Assembly: GCA_002314795.1 (NCBI GenBank) | Contig: DCHI01000078.1 | Location: 7,898 to 71,897 of the forward strand | DNA: 64,000 nucleotides | Direction of reading: 5' to 3' | DNA from: Bacteroidales bacterium UBA1756 | GTDB lineage: Bacteria; Bacteroidota; Bacteroidia; Bacteroidales; WCHB1-69 | Shown: positions 19,401 to 27,446 of the stretch, piece after piece | How positions within the stretch are numbered: position 1 is the first letter of the stretch | Layout: each line of letters opens with the position of its first letter | Program-made: the position numbers and the translations under genes | The notes under the pieces: generated by a model | What the model was told of the DNA's origin: nothing | The model's database searches: none | What the model saw: the letters and a program-made list of their open reading frames with translations, nothing else

Positions 19401-22400
19401 ACCGTAATATCGGCAACAGCCGTACAGTTGTCAGTAACTATGATAGAACCTAAAGTAGCAGTATCAGTAATCGCAGTACAAGTACCTGCTTCAACACAAA
19501 CTAATGTATCTGAAGGCAAAGTAAATACCGGTTTAACAGTATCACTAACATAAATAATATGAGTGAGGGTATCACTGGTCAAACCACACTTATCGGTAAC
19601 GGAATATTTTCTTACAACAACGGTAGGACACATTCCAGCAAAAGATTGACTCATATTAACAACGAGTTCATCAACCGCGGTACAGTTATCGGAGAGTGTC
19701 AAACCCGCAGCTTGTAAAGCAGCAACGGTAGTGTATGCGGCAGGAACAAGACCCGGCATAGTGACCGTATCCGGACAGTCATAAACCGTAGTGTCTCCCA
19801 ACGCACCAGCCAAAGTAGGAGCTACGGTATCAAATATTCTATAGGTAACGTTACTTGTAGCAACACAAGCAGAGTCGTCAGTCACTTTGAACACAACATA
19901 GAAAGTGGTATCGCAACTGACCGTAGATTCTGTATAGGTATATGAATCGGCAACTGTATCAGCAACTTCAGTGCGAACAGAAACAGAGTTGGAAGTCCAT
20001 TCAAATTTATAGGGAGTTCTGCCACCTTCTACCTTAGCATCATAGACGTATGTGCCGAGGTGCGGACAGTTACTTGCCGTAGGAGCAGTTAAAGAGGTAA
20101 CAGCTAACGGAAGTGCAGGTTGTTCAATGGTAACGGAGTAGAAAGTATCAGCTGTACAGAGATTTGCATCGGTGATAGTAACCGTATAGGTACCAGCTGT
20201 AAGAATGCGTCCGGTAACAGAATCTCTGCTTACTACACTATCATTCATTTTCCAAGTGTAGGAATACGGAAGCGTACCACCAGTAATGCCTGTGATAGCA
20301 GCATTACCATTAGCTTCACCGTAGCACTTAACATTATTCAAGACAATCGCACCAGCGAGAGAAAGTTGATCAGGTTGGGTAAGAGTTCCATTTGCATTAG
20401 TTGTGCAGTTGTGAGCATCAATAACAGTAATAACGTATGAACCTGCTTTTTGGTTAGTCATATTGACAGTAGTATCCAATACAGAAGGATTCAATGTCAT
20501 CACAACAGTATCAGAAACAGCGACCAATGTTCTTACGATTGTAACTGAATAAGGAGCTGTACCTTCCTTAACGCGGAATGAAAATGAACCATTATTTGAT
20601 TCAAAGCAGGTAAGGTTCGTCCAACCGCTGGTAGTAAGACTTAAAATATTCGGAGAAGCGACATCGGCAGTATCGAGAACATTTACTTCACAACCGTTAG
20701 CATCCACAACCTTGATATCCCATTTACCTTTAATCAAACCAGCGAAATCAAAGACGTTTTGAGTAGCAGTTCCCATTTGAGTATAAGTAGAGTCAGCGAC
20801 TTCTTTACTTTTAATAGTAACGATGTAAGGAGCAGTACCCTCGGCAACGGTAACGCGAATAGCGCCATTGGCATCACCGGCGCAGAGAACAGTAGCAGTC
20901 ACTTCAATATTTGTAACAGCAAGAGGAAGTGTAGGAATAGTAACAATAACAGAAACAGAATCCCTATGACCGCAATCATCCGTTGCATAAATCCACATTG
21001 TATAAGGAGCTTCAGTACTATCAATTTCTGTGCCTACAGCAGGAACCTGAACTACACTTGAAATACTACCGCAACCATCACCAACAGAATCTACAAGAAC
21101 GAGAATATTTGGAAGCACGTACTTACAGTCGTGACCTGCAACCGTCGTGGTAGCCGTGGTTCCATTCATATAGATATGAGGAACATCCGTATCAGCAAGC
21201 GTATATTCTATTGAAACGACAGCTCCTAAGTTCATAGAACAACCGTGAGCGTCAGAACCAGAAACGATTCTATCGCCATAGGTAACCGTTGCACAAGTAG
21301 GAACAGTTGCAAAAGTTGAAGTAGCAATACTATCTACAACTGAATGAGTAACCTGAGCAGCATCATTATTGCTCCAAGTAACTGTATAAGGAGCAAGACC
21401 ACCACTGATAGCAAAAGTGGCCTCGTGATTGACGTTGGTCATACAGAAAGTATCAGCAACTACAGAAGAAGTAGTAGCAACGCCATCAAAAGTTGAAAGA
21501 ATGACACTCGGATGCTCATAAACGGTAAGTGTAACCGTATTACTATGAGCCGAACAGCTATTAGTAACTGTAGGGCCATAAACCGTGTGCGTGAAATCAT
21601 TGGTAGCGTCTGCACTATAATCACCAGCATTAGCAGGAACGGCAATAGGATTATAATAATAATTAGTAACAGACATTGTATCCAATCCGTGGAACCAAGT
21701 AAAATGATCGAAGGTTGGATTAAGCCTCAATTGAAAGAAGTCTGCCGAATTTTCACAACGTTCAGTTGCTCCAATGGCTGAAACAACCGGATTCGGAGTC
21801 GGGTTGACCTCAGCAAAGATGCGCAAGCTATCCGTACTGATACAACCTTCCATAGAATATGACTTAGCATACATAGATGTATTGCTCGTAATGTACAAGT
21901 CATAGATTCCCCAATTAGTATCGACAGCGACATTGGCATCATTGTACCAAATCACTTTGTCAGCACCTTCGGGAAGAACCTCAAAATGGACCATTCCCGA
22001 ATCGCAAACCAACAAATTGCTGTGTACTGTATCAAGCGTAGGAACTTGAGGATCTTGAACGATGAGGCGGAAATAAACAATGCTATCAATGGAAATGTGG
22101 CAAGAAGATACTCCGTGGAAAACAACACTATCTAACATACCAGCAGGAGTGGGAGTCCAAAACTCAACACCACCGAGAACGAAAGGAAGTTGAGCGATAC
22201 AGGTGAACTGATCACCAATAGTATCTCTTATGAAAGCACGGAGTGTATCGGAGGAAAGAATTCCACAAACAACACTTTGATGACCGCCAACATAATAGCG
22301 TTCATCATTGTCTTCATAAATCATATCCCACTTTGTTCCACCGCAACGTTTAGCCAAGGAAAAGATGAATTGATATTCACCATCAACCTTAATATTATAG

Positions 22401-22933
22401 ACAAGACGATGAGCCGTATTGGCAACGTCTTTGAACCATCTCACATAAAAATAATCGAACTCGTATGGATTGTTCTGACCAGGAAGAACGATGGAGAAAT
22501 GTCCGTCATCTTCACAGGGTTGACCAAGTTCCAACCCTTGCGTCGGCGTGTGGGCGCCCGGATAACTGCCGTAGCCGTTACCGTTTTGACAGTAGTGGCT
22601 TGTGTAGGAATCTCCCCACCATCTTTCAGCGTTTCCGAGATCGTAGCGTGACTCAAATTTGAAATCTTCAAAATAGTAAGAAAGAGAATCATTAGGAATG
22701 ACGTGTCCATTGTAGAGAACCTTCCACTCGATGGATACTCTATCGGTATCACTCAAATGAAGCGCGTCAAAGCAAGAAGAATTGGGGCTGATGATAACGG
22801 TGTCATACTGGTTCAGCACAATCGGATCCGGCATATTGGCCGGAGTAAGCACCAAACCAGATTGAGCCTTCAAGCCCAAGGTGAGCACGACAAAAAGCAC
22901 GCTCAAAACGCAAAAAGATAAAACTTTTTTCAT
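13487..22933 (-). CDS. Giant (3148 aa) T9SS-secreted adhesin-like protein with SprB repeats and about 17 HYR/Ig-like modules
   Basis: It has a signal peptide MKKVLSFCVLSVLFVVLTLGLKAQS and SprB-type repeats (for example VKCYGEANGNAAITGITGGTLPYSYTW and LTCYQSGDGSITVFVTGGQSPFTY). Repeated modules start with D-T-x-A-P (FDTVAPTLAG, VDTIAPVLNT, LDTLAPVVTV...) and contain DNC...D.CGN cysteines. The C-terminus is a type-A CTD (VYPNPAKEFVQVEL...YLITARSKDALVTKRVVIIK). Confidence 0.9.
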   Translation of the reverse strand: MKKVLSFCVLSVLFVVLTLGLKAQSGLVLTPANMPDPIVLNQYDTVIISPNSSCFDALHLSDTDRVSIEWKVLYNGHVIPNDSLSYYFEDFKFESRYDLGNAERWWGDSYTSHYCQNGNGYGSYPGAHTPTQGLELGQPCEDDGHFSIVLPGQNNPYEFDYFYVRWFKDVANTAHRLVYNIKVDGEYQFIFSLAKRCGGTKWDMIYEDNDERYYVGGHQSVVCGILSSDTLRAFIRDTIGDQFTCIAQLPFVLGGVEFWTPTPAGMLDSVVFHGVSSCHISIDSIVYFRLIVQDPQVPTLDTVHSNLLVCDSGMVHFEVLPEGADKVIWYNDANVAVDTNWGIYDLYITSNTSMYAKSYSMEGCISTDSLRIFAEVNPTPNPVVSAIGATERCENSADFFQLRLNPTFDHFTWFHGLDTMSVTNYYYNPIAVPANAGDYSADATNDFTHTVYGPTVTNSCSAHSNTVTLTVYEHPSVILSTFDGVATTSSVVADTFCMTNVNHEATFAISGGLAPYTVTWSNNDAAQVTHSVVDSIATSTFATVPTCATVTYGDRIVSGSDAHGCSMNLGAVVSIEYTLADTDVPHIYMNGTTATTTVAGHDCKYVLPNILVLVDSVGDGCGSISSVVQVPAVGTEIDSTEAPYTMWIYATDDCGHRDSVSVIVTIPTLPLAVTNIEVTATVLCAGDANGAIRVTVAEGTAPYIVTIKSKEVADSTYTQMGTATQNVFDFAGLIKGKWDIKVVDANGCEVNVLDTADVASPNILSLTTSGWTNLTCFESNNGSFSFRVKEGTAPYSVTIVRTLVAVSDTVVMTLNPSVLDTTVNMTNQKAGSYVITVIDAHNCTTNANGTLTQPDQLSLAGAIVLNNVKCYGEANGNAAITGITGGTLPYSYTWKMNDSVVSRDSVTGRILTAGTYTVTITDANLCTADTFYSVTIEQPALPLAVTSLTAPTASNCPHLGTYVYDAKVEGGRTPYKFEWTSNSVSVRTEVADTVADSYTYTESTVSCDTTFYVVFKVTDDSACVATSNVTYRIFDTVAPTLAGALGDTTVYDCPDTVTMPGLVPAAYTTVAALQAAGLTLSDNCTAVDELVVNMSQSFAGMCPTVVVRKYSVTDKCGLTSDTLTHIIYVSDTVKPVFTLPSDTLVCVEAGTCTAITDTATLGSIIVTDNCTAVADITVTYSDVTIPVDSRVDYTLPEVSRTSTHVKDTIYRTWKAEDACGNVAAEQTQTIVVVDTIAPVLNTTLLSDTVVVACDDYFLSYKYNAFLSSYTSTDNCAIDTLYHTRLDSVPGCNASVYTETWAFFTYDIYGNVASDTAWFQVIDTVAPYIVTRPVYTEVEVDTADVAAEYAAWLAQVTFDDACSVAVIDTIMTDTIRGCGRTAKYVTTWVFEDGCGNTAFYLDTFYLVDHISPIIDTLTRPIDQVVECDGAGNKTQFLNWLYGVRAYDGQNRDTVTMSYYYFETSSSAIYYPFDTAYVIPSKPDYYKGYQSTTDCEGSYFILWEAKDACGNTETTRENFKIVDHAAPVVDVTPTDQEFPCGDEAAISAAMTLWQNSLVAHDVCKNSYSVVVDTIATTHPCSTVSSARTYTVRWTVSDTCGNSVIKTANFRIYDSVVPHIITAVGTDTLQNDSIKLDAATCQPSVSLPAEGSYTMSQLKADPKYGHITGWDDCSMDDNSRVWILHDGTLPSDDCHDYYRLSYTFLDYCGNDTTLYQTVVVYDEDAPTFANDMTDTIYQGAYSECVLPAVTPFASVTEMNAHHSNPTIADCHLSNTTVSLVHSDTTGTTCPYVVTRYYKLNDGCDNLDTIKHTITILDTTSPVVSPIALYDTIYMNSTCGILTADTNAIYTSIIAKTYVGLTINDCSDVTVSVFTPGSLSSLSCDRTLTRTYRATDASGNHTDFTHTLTVLDTIAPTVNVSDLKGDTVYLNATCGYTVPNVHFSTVRALNDWEGADVVTDCNVGESSVVTMYDSIVDALACSFGIHYKYTVADSCGNMSDTIRLTITVLDTLAPVVTVDTATVYDTLYYTIACEIPGVPFWTTPQDAIDHGVVMNDCNADWSNPANIRRLSLADTTRDNCTSFVVVRYQVKDKCSDHWSDTIFQRVVVLDTVAPVVSTTVKDSVIDMDESSSNCLGVAIPYFTTVGQVKAYDSAFSVVDCNVGDNTPVTLVSDDTAAVSCSRTVVRTYSIADSCGLVSNYFTHTIYINDVTAPAITTVMTPQQVYMDGSCNFAYTVYTHVTDLPSTMLAGITDCNLKDTLTCTIDTLEIGGADCSKAKTVYLTYTVYDSCAHTSTFNDTVYVADTIAPLVVGTLDTVTLYLDNICGYTIDPSLTYASVDELPTRITVTDCKLKKDLTVSAIDTVSGFCPMMIHRTYSVKDSCGHTSTFNQFFFVTDTLKPYVADNILNDTTIYVDEFGVYTANAPYTTATQLNANGASVTDCKLVDAIHSVTADTTIDKIACSSFITRKYTVVDSCGNVSDTITHKIVIKDTIAPTVINFDYLDTVPAVRNLSCQFFVPDFSDTVADHFSDNWVSAYKLYTQAPVAGTEIINDTEVEIIFTDSCNNVDTIHIVVTVEDSIKISSLTAVDLTCYQSGDGSITVFVTGGQSPFTYDNGSTPVPSVFSTYTFTSLDADFYTVTVVDTFGCSVSDTITVGEPDELILTNTVTLDGTCTAGLIALDLSATGGTTDYTFVSKLWMLPDSISQILDSTASSILDTVAVEVGDYRVITTVTDAHNCSATDTSAVKSVYPSYSFSDVDRVCFSVASVSGYYWQITPDRSKTIPASEFTVSDSIYHFSENIPTSHGCDSIYNLYLNVEDNPFLKVRRFSERSDWSKVQEQTIMDTFNTASTNVGWEIFIDRNCTGCDPNIGVSIEYELYRYNDVTENYELMSNVTDYFEPYYRTFFDNFSLPNTVSNNSYVSIPDLYTPHGAGHDWDYDYLNLCWAAPDYNEAQLPPGHEHTGSGDFYADARANTILINRFGSPLYDGEGDYKIVATLHKRNHLNPSGNYTWNLALNVPVGGNSSVIEKEYNSIDIYFHVDASATPSPMPSTDPINGTVVFADDAEIVPQATVYPNPAKEFVQVELQGFEGETKVMLSSPNGAVLQTINLDVLDTQSTPIVKISTADYAQGVYLITARSKDALVTKRVVIIK
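15215..19838 (-). repeat. Protein-level array of about 15 consecutive divergent HYR-like modules within the giant gene (coordinates approximate)
   Basis: D-[TH]-x-[AKSV]-P motifs recur every 90-110 codons from FDTVAPTLAG (about nt 19838) to KDTIAPTVINFD (about nt 15478). The DNA copies are diverged, with no near-identical repeats seen. Confidence 0.6.
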
Positions 22934-23032
22934 AATTTAGAAATTTATTTTTATATTACTTATTTCCAATATATTTATTTTCAATTAGTTACAGTTTTAT
23001 TCATTAGACAAAGTTGTCTTTTTCCAATTCTG

Positions 23033-23040
23033 CAAAAATA
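23033..23040 (-). promoter_or_regulatory. -7 promoter box for the giant gene
   Basis: The reverse strand reads TATTTTTG, 100 nt upstream of the ATG at 22933. The leader contains the palindrome AGACAA-AG-TTGTCT. Confidence 0.45.
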
Positions 23041-23223
23041 CAATATTTTTTTTACCAATCAACATTTTTGATTTCTTCACCCATATTTTTTGATACTTCT
23101 AAAAAAAATAAAAGACCACATCCATTCGTTTCGTGCTCAAAATGAGGAGAAAAGAGTTTTTTCTTCTCTAATTTCTTATGATAATTAACAAATAAAAGTG
23201 AAAAAAAAGTATGTTCTAACTTT

Positions 23224-24039
23224 CTACAAAGTTGTAAGGAACATATACACACAGGCAGGAGGAGTAGCTAACAAAACCGAATCAAATCGGTCAAGAATTC
23301 CCCCGTGCCCAGGAAGGATATTTCCTGAATCCTTCACTCCACAAGCCCTTTTGCACATTGATTCCACGAGGTCACCTAACGTGCCAAACACAATAACAAC
23401 CAATGCGAAGCCCATCCAAGTAATCGAAGTCCAACGCTCAAGAACTCCAAAATAACCGATATGAGGGAATGCCAATGCTGCCACCATTGTCAGAACCAAT
23501 GCGATGACAAAACCTTCAACCGACTTTTTAGGGGAGATTCGTTCACACAATTTATGCTTTCCGAAAAGCGAGCCGGCACAATAGGCCAACGTGTCATCAA
23601 GCCAAATCAAAATGTAAAGTGCCAGCACCATCGCTGGAGCAAAAGAGACCACAAGACACATCAACGTCAACGGAACCGCAATCCAAAAGAATGGAAGTGC
23701 TGACACCGAAGCATTCATTATCGCATTATCGGAAGAATGATCACGGAACAATTCTACAATGGAAATGAGCACGAAGAACAGAACTGCTATTCCAATAGAA
23801 ACGATAACATTCAAAAAAGAAAACGCCACAGCAGCTGTAACCAAAAGTATTGGAAGGATTTTCTGTGCACGTATCGTTTCCTTCGTCACCATTCTCGTCC
23901 ATTCCCAGGTTCCAATGGCCGCAACCAACGACATAAGAATAACAAAAGGTAGCGTCGTATGACTGCACAAAAGAATGCTGCCAACAATTACTCCTACATA
24001 AAATATACCCGTAACTGTCCTTAATATGAGATTTTTCAT
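23224..24039 (-). CDS. cdsA: Phosphatidate cytidylyltransferase
   Basis: 271 aa and multi-pass. The signature is SMCKRACGVKDSGNILPGHGGILDRFDS. Confidence 0.9.
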   Translation of the reverse strand: MKNLILRTVTGIFYVGVIVGSILLCSHTTLPFVILMSLVAAIGTWEWTRMVTKETIRAQKILPILLVTAAVAFSFLNVIVSIGIAVLFFVLISIVELFRDHSSDNAIMNASVSALPFFWIAVPLTLMCLVVSFAPAMVLALYILIWLDDTLAYCAGSLFGKHKLCERISPKKSVEGFVIALVLTMVAALAFPHIGYFGVLERWTSITWMGFALVVIVFGTLGDLVESMCKRACGVKDSGNILPGHGGILDRFDSVLLATPPACVYMFLTTL

Positions 24040-24080
24040 AAAAGATACATTATTATATATACAATAAAATAATTTTAATG

Positions 24081-24785
24081 TTATTTTTCTTCTATGAGAA
24101 TCAAAGTCACTCTGGGATTAGCTATCGTGCCTTCCTCATCATTTTCCAAAACTGATGGAGAAATCAAATCCATCAGATTGAATTTCAAGTCATTTTCCTC
24201 GGGGCGATTATCCACTTTGACTGTCGTAGCCATACAATCCATTAAGACTTTCAAATCGGGGACAATGTTCGTACTACTGGATAGTACAATAATATTTTTT
24301 GCCAAACCCAAAATTGAAGGATATACAATATTTGTTGAACGTTGGGTAAAAACCAGATGTCCGGAACGGCCGACCAGATGCTCGGCATAGACAATAAGAG
24401 CATCAGCAGATTGGCCATCCGGAAGAGATTCTACAAAATCAATGTTGAAACTTTTTAATATCTTGGACAGATGGGGAGACACATTCAAAACACGTGTCCA
24501 TTGACCGACCTCAATGGTATATCTTACGTACCCATATATATCAGACAATCGTTGAACAACATAGGACTGGTCAGACATTCTGCCTTTATCAATCTCAAAT
24601 ATTCGCAAAGTTCCACCGGCACTTTCAAATTCTTTTTTGAAATTTCCCAATGGCTCTTCTAATGGTATCTGACATCCCTTGTCGATTGATGGAGGAAATA
24701 TCGTATTGCTTTTCGTGGATAATGCCGTACGAATGCGATTACAGATATCGTTCCTGCATTGATTGTTTTTAATATCTATAGACAT
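24081..24785 (-). CDS. LUD-domain-like (LutC/YkgG-type) protein
   Basis: 234 aa. FKKEFESAGGTL and ADALIVYAEHLVGRSGHLVF...NIIVLSSSTNIVPDL resemble the LUD pattern. The assignment is weak. Confidence 0.4.
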   Translation of the reverse strand: MSIDIKNNQCRNDICNRIRTALSTKSNTIFPPSIDKGCQIPLEEPLGNFKKEFESAGGTLRIFEIDKGRMSDQSYVVQRLSDIYGYVRYTIEVGQWTRVLNVSPHLSKILKSFNIDFVESLPDGQSADALIVYAEHLVGRSGHLVFTQRSTNIVYPSILGLAKNIIVLSSSTNIVPDLKVLMDCMATTVKVDNRPEENDLKFNLMDLISPSVLENDEEGTIANPRVTLILIEEK

Positions 24786-24809
24786 ACTTTATCATTTAAT
24801 GCCTTCGCG

Positions 24810-26816
24810 CTATTGCAAATCATTTTCCTGAGAGGGGGCACTTTCAAACTTGCGCTCGCCATAAATCTTTTCAAGGTCTTCGGCATAAAGCACTTCCCTT
24901 TCGACAAGCCAATTGGCCAATGTTACAAGATTTTCCCGATTATCCAACAATATTTGTTTCGCCCGTTTGATTGCCGAATCCGTGAGCTCTCTCACCTCAT
25001 TATCAATCTCTTCCGCAGTTTTCTCACTATAGGGACGATTGAAAGAATAGTCACTTTGTCCGGTTGAATCATAATAGCTAACGTTGCCAATCTTATTACT
25101 GAAACCATAGACTGCAACCATAGCGTATGCCTGTTTCGTGGCCCGTTCCAAATCATTCTGGGCTCCCGTTCCGGCCTTCATTTCGCCAAAAACGACTTCT
25201 TCAGCCGCACGCCCGCCGAGCAGCACACACAACTCATCATACAACTGCTCACGGGTCGTAATGTGTCTTTCTTCCGGGAGATACCAAGCAGCTCCCAAGG
25301 CAACACCACGCGGAACAATGGTGACTTTTTGCAGAGGAGAAGCATTCTTCAGCAACCAACTAACCGTAGCGTGGCCAGACTCGTGAACTGCGATAGAACG
25401 TTTTTCTTCCGGAGAAATGATGCTGGTACGACGTTCCAAACCGCCAATGATTCTATCAATTGCAGAATGAAAATCTTCTTTTTGAATCATTTTTTTGGAA
25501 TGACGAGCCGCAATCAGAGCTGCTTCGTTACATACATTGGCGATGTCAGCTCCTGAAAAACCCGACGTCAGTTTGGCAAAATATTCCAAATCCACATCCG
25601 TATCTATTTTCAATTTTCTGACGTGTACGCCAAAAATGTCTTTCCGTTCAGGGAGACTTGGGAGTTCCACGTGGATTTGACGATCGAAACGCCCGGCACG
25701 AAGGAGAGCGCGGTCAAGGACATCGGCACGGTTGGTGGCTGCCAAAATGATGACTCCCGTATTGGAAGAGAAGCCATCCATCTCCGTCAGCAGCTGATTC
25801 AATGTGCTTTCCCGTTCATCGTTGCTGCCACTAATCGCATTACGCCCGCGGGCACGTCCAACCGCATCTATCTCATCGATGAAAATTATGCAGGGAGCTT
25901 TTTCCTTTGCCGTCTTGAACAAATCACGAACTCGCGATGCTCCGACGCCAACAAACATTTCCACAAAATCAGAACCTGACAAAGAGAAGAAAGGAACTTT
26001 TGCTTCGCCGGCGACAGCACGAGCCAGTAAGGTTTTACCCGTACCTGGAGGACCGACGAGCAAAACGCCCTTGGGAATACGGCCACCCAATTCGGTATAT
26101 TTTTTCGGATTCTTCAAAAAGTCAACCACCTCTTCAACTTCCTCCTTGGCGCCTTCCAAGCCGGCAACATCTTTAAATGATATGTTCAAATTCGATTTTT
26201 CATCAAACAGTTGGGCTTTCGATTTTCCGATGTTGAACATTCCCCCACCGGCACCTCCGCGCATAGAACGAAACGGGAGATAGAACAACAAAAGGATAAA
26301 GATGAACGGGAGCAACCAAAGGAGTATTTCTCCCCCCCAATTCTTAGAATTGTCCTGCGTGATAGGGAACGCATACTGCTGACGCAGATTTTTGGCATCC
26401 GCTGCCGATAGATTGGTGTCGGATGCGATCAAAGAAGCCACCTCCTCGTCTATCATCCGGTTCAAGTCGTCATTGAAGGCCTTGTAATCATTCTGTGCAA
26501 TAAAATATTGAGGGCCTTTCAGATTATCCTTGACTTCTTTGTAACGTTCCTTTGTCTCAACACTTTTTCCTTTCAAGAAAACGTTCACGTGTTCGTCACT
26601 TTTCACAAAAACAACCTTCTCCACATCTTTGCCAAGAACCATCTCTTGGAATTGAAGATTATTTATTTCCGTAGGAGCAGATGCACCATCAAAATTAAAA
26701 AAATAAGCGGCAAGCAAAACGCAGCCCAATATCAGGTACAACCAGGATAGATTGAACTTAACTTTTCCTGATTTGCTTCCTTTATTCTTTAAACTATTCT
26801 TGTCTTCTTTCGGCAT
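24810..26816 (-). CDS. ftsH: ATP-dependent zinc metalloprotease FtsH
   Basis: It has Walker A GPPGTGKT, an SRH region and the zinc motif HESGHA. 668 aa with two N-terminal TM segments. Confidence 0.95.
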   Translation of the reverse strand: MPKEDKNSLKNKGSKSGKVKFNLSWLYLILGCVLLAAYFFNFDGASAPTEINNLQFQEMVLGKDVEKVVFVKSDEHVNVFLKGKSVETKERYKEVKDNLKGPQYFIAQNDYKAFNDDLNRMIDEEVASLIASDTNLSAADAKNLRQQYAFPITQDNSKNWGGEILLWLLPFIFILLLFYLPFRSMRGGAGGGMFNIGKSKAQLFDEKSNLNISFKDVAGLEGAKEEVEEVVDFLKNPKKYTELGGRIPKGVLLVGPPGTGKTLLARAVAGEAKVPFFSLSGSDFVEMFVGVGASRVRDLFKTAKEKAPCIIFIDEIDAVGRARGRNAISGSNDERESTLNQLLTEMDGFSSNTGVIILAATNRADVLDRALLRAGRFDRQIHVELPSLPERKDIFGVHVRKLKIDTDVDLEYFAKLTSGFSGADIANVCNEAALIAARHSKKMIQKEDFHSAIDRIIGGLERRTSIISPEEKRSIAVHESGHATVSWLLKNASPLQKVTIVPRGVALGAAWYLPEERHITTREQLYDELCVLLGGRAAEEVVFGEMKAGTGAQNDLERATKQAYAMVAVYGFSNKIGNVSYYDSTGQSDYSFNRPYSEKTAEEIDNEVRELTDSAIKRAKQILLDNRENLVTLANWLVEREVLYAEDLEKIYGERKFESAPSQENDLQ

Positions 26817-26819
26817 AAA

Positions 26820-27200
26820 CTACAAATGTTTAATATCAGCATCGTTCCACAACGTTTCAAGTTGATAAAATGTTCGTGCTTCCGGTTGGAAAATGTGAAC
26901 GATTGTATCAAAATAATCCAGAAGCACCCACTCGCCATTGGAAATTCCTTCCACGAAAGTAGGTCTCACGCCCGCTTCACGCTTGGTGACTTCCTGAACA
27001 TATTCGCACAAGGTTTCCACGTGGGTGCGGGATGTTCCTGTAACCACGATGAACTTGTCAAAATAAACGTGATGAATCTGTGTCAAATCAATTATTGCAA
27101 TATCCACACCACTTTTTTCCAAAAGTGCCTGTACAATCAATTCACTAATATCTCCAGTAAAGAGGTTTGTTTTCTTCGTTGCAACCTTTCTTTTTGCCAT
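26820..27200 (-). CDS. rsfS: Ribosome silencing factor
   Basis: 126 aa. It has the motif WVLLDYFDTIVHIFQPEARTFYQLETLW and lies directly upstream of ftsH. Confidence 0.85.
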   Translation of the reverse strand: MAKRKVATKKTNLFTGDISELIVQALLEKSGVDIAIIDLTQIHHVYFDKFIVVTGTSRTHVETLCEYVQEVTKREAGVRPTFVEGISNGEWVLLDYFDTIVHIFQPEARTFYQLETLWNDADIKHL

Positions 27201-27226
27201 TTATTTTCATTTAAAAATTAAGGGTG

Positions 27227-27234
27227 CAAAGGTA
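27227..27234 (-). promoter_or_regulatory. -7 promoter box for rsfS-ftsH
   Basis: The reverse strand reads TACCTTTG, 27 nt upstream of the ATG. Confidence 0.55.
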
Positions 27235-27244
27235 CGATTTTTAT

Positions 27245-27289
27245 TTAGTTTGTAAGGTTTGTAAAGTTGATAAAGTTCATAAAGTTTTG
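27245..27289. repeat. 9-bp-period tandem array AARGTTNRT (about 4.5 units)
   Basis: TTAGTTTGT AAGGTTTGT AAAGTTGAT AAAGTTCAT AAAGTTTTG. It lies in a divergent intergenic region. The same unit recurs at 43965..44027. Confidence 0.8.
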
Positions 27290-27382
27290 GAGAAATGATT
27301 GGGAAAATTTGGATTCTCAATTCCTTGAATGAGCTTCAAAGCAAGAAAGCAAAAAAATAATTGGCCATATTAGAAAATCGTG

Positions 27383-27390
27383 TAAATTTG
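27383..27390 (+). promoter_or_regulatory. -7 promoter box for the protease gene
   Basis: TAAATTTG lies 57 nt upstream of the ATG at 27447. Confidence 0.5.
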
Positions 27391-27446
27391 CACCCCGTTA
27401 TTAAAAGAATAAAAACACATCTAAATATCATCTTAATTTATTAAAA

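Noticed and set aside
13556-22921. Many plus-strand ORFs (for example 13556..14170 at 204 aa, 18017..18880 at 287 aa and 22190..22651) and short minus-strand out-of-frame ORFs within the giant gene.
   Set aside because: All lie inside the continuous 3148-codon frame. Their translations are Ser/Arg/Ile/Asn-rich low-complexity sequence typical of the antisense of Thr/Val/Asp-rich coding sequence.
23052-23252. Small ORFs in AT-rich intergenic DNA (23052..23252, 3768..3992, 53223..53435, 52038..52313, 59830..60239).
   Set aside because: They overlap promoter, leader or terminator regions or neighbouring genes. Their translations are Phe/Leu/Lys/Ile-rich, typical of random AT-rich sequence.
27245-27289. 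Possibility that the 9-bp arrays (27245..27289, 43965..44027) or the 21-bp array (56330..56497) are CRISPR arrays.
   Set aside because: The units are far too short and are contiguous without spacers. One array is in-frame coding sequence. No cas genes are in the window.
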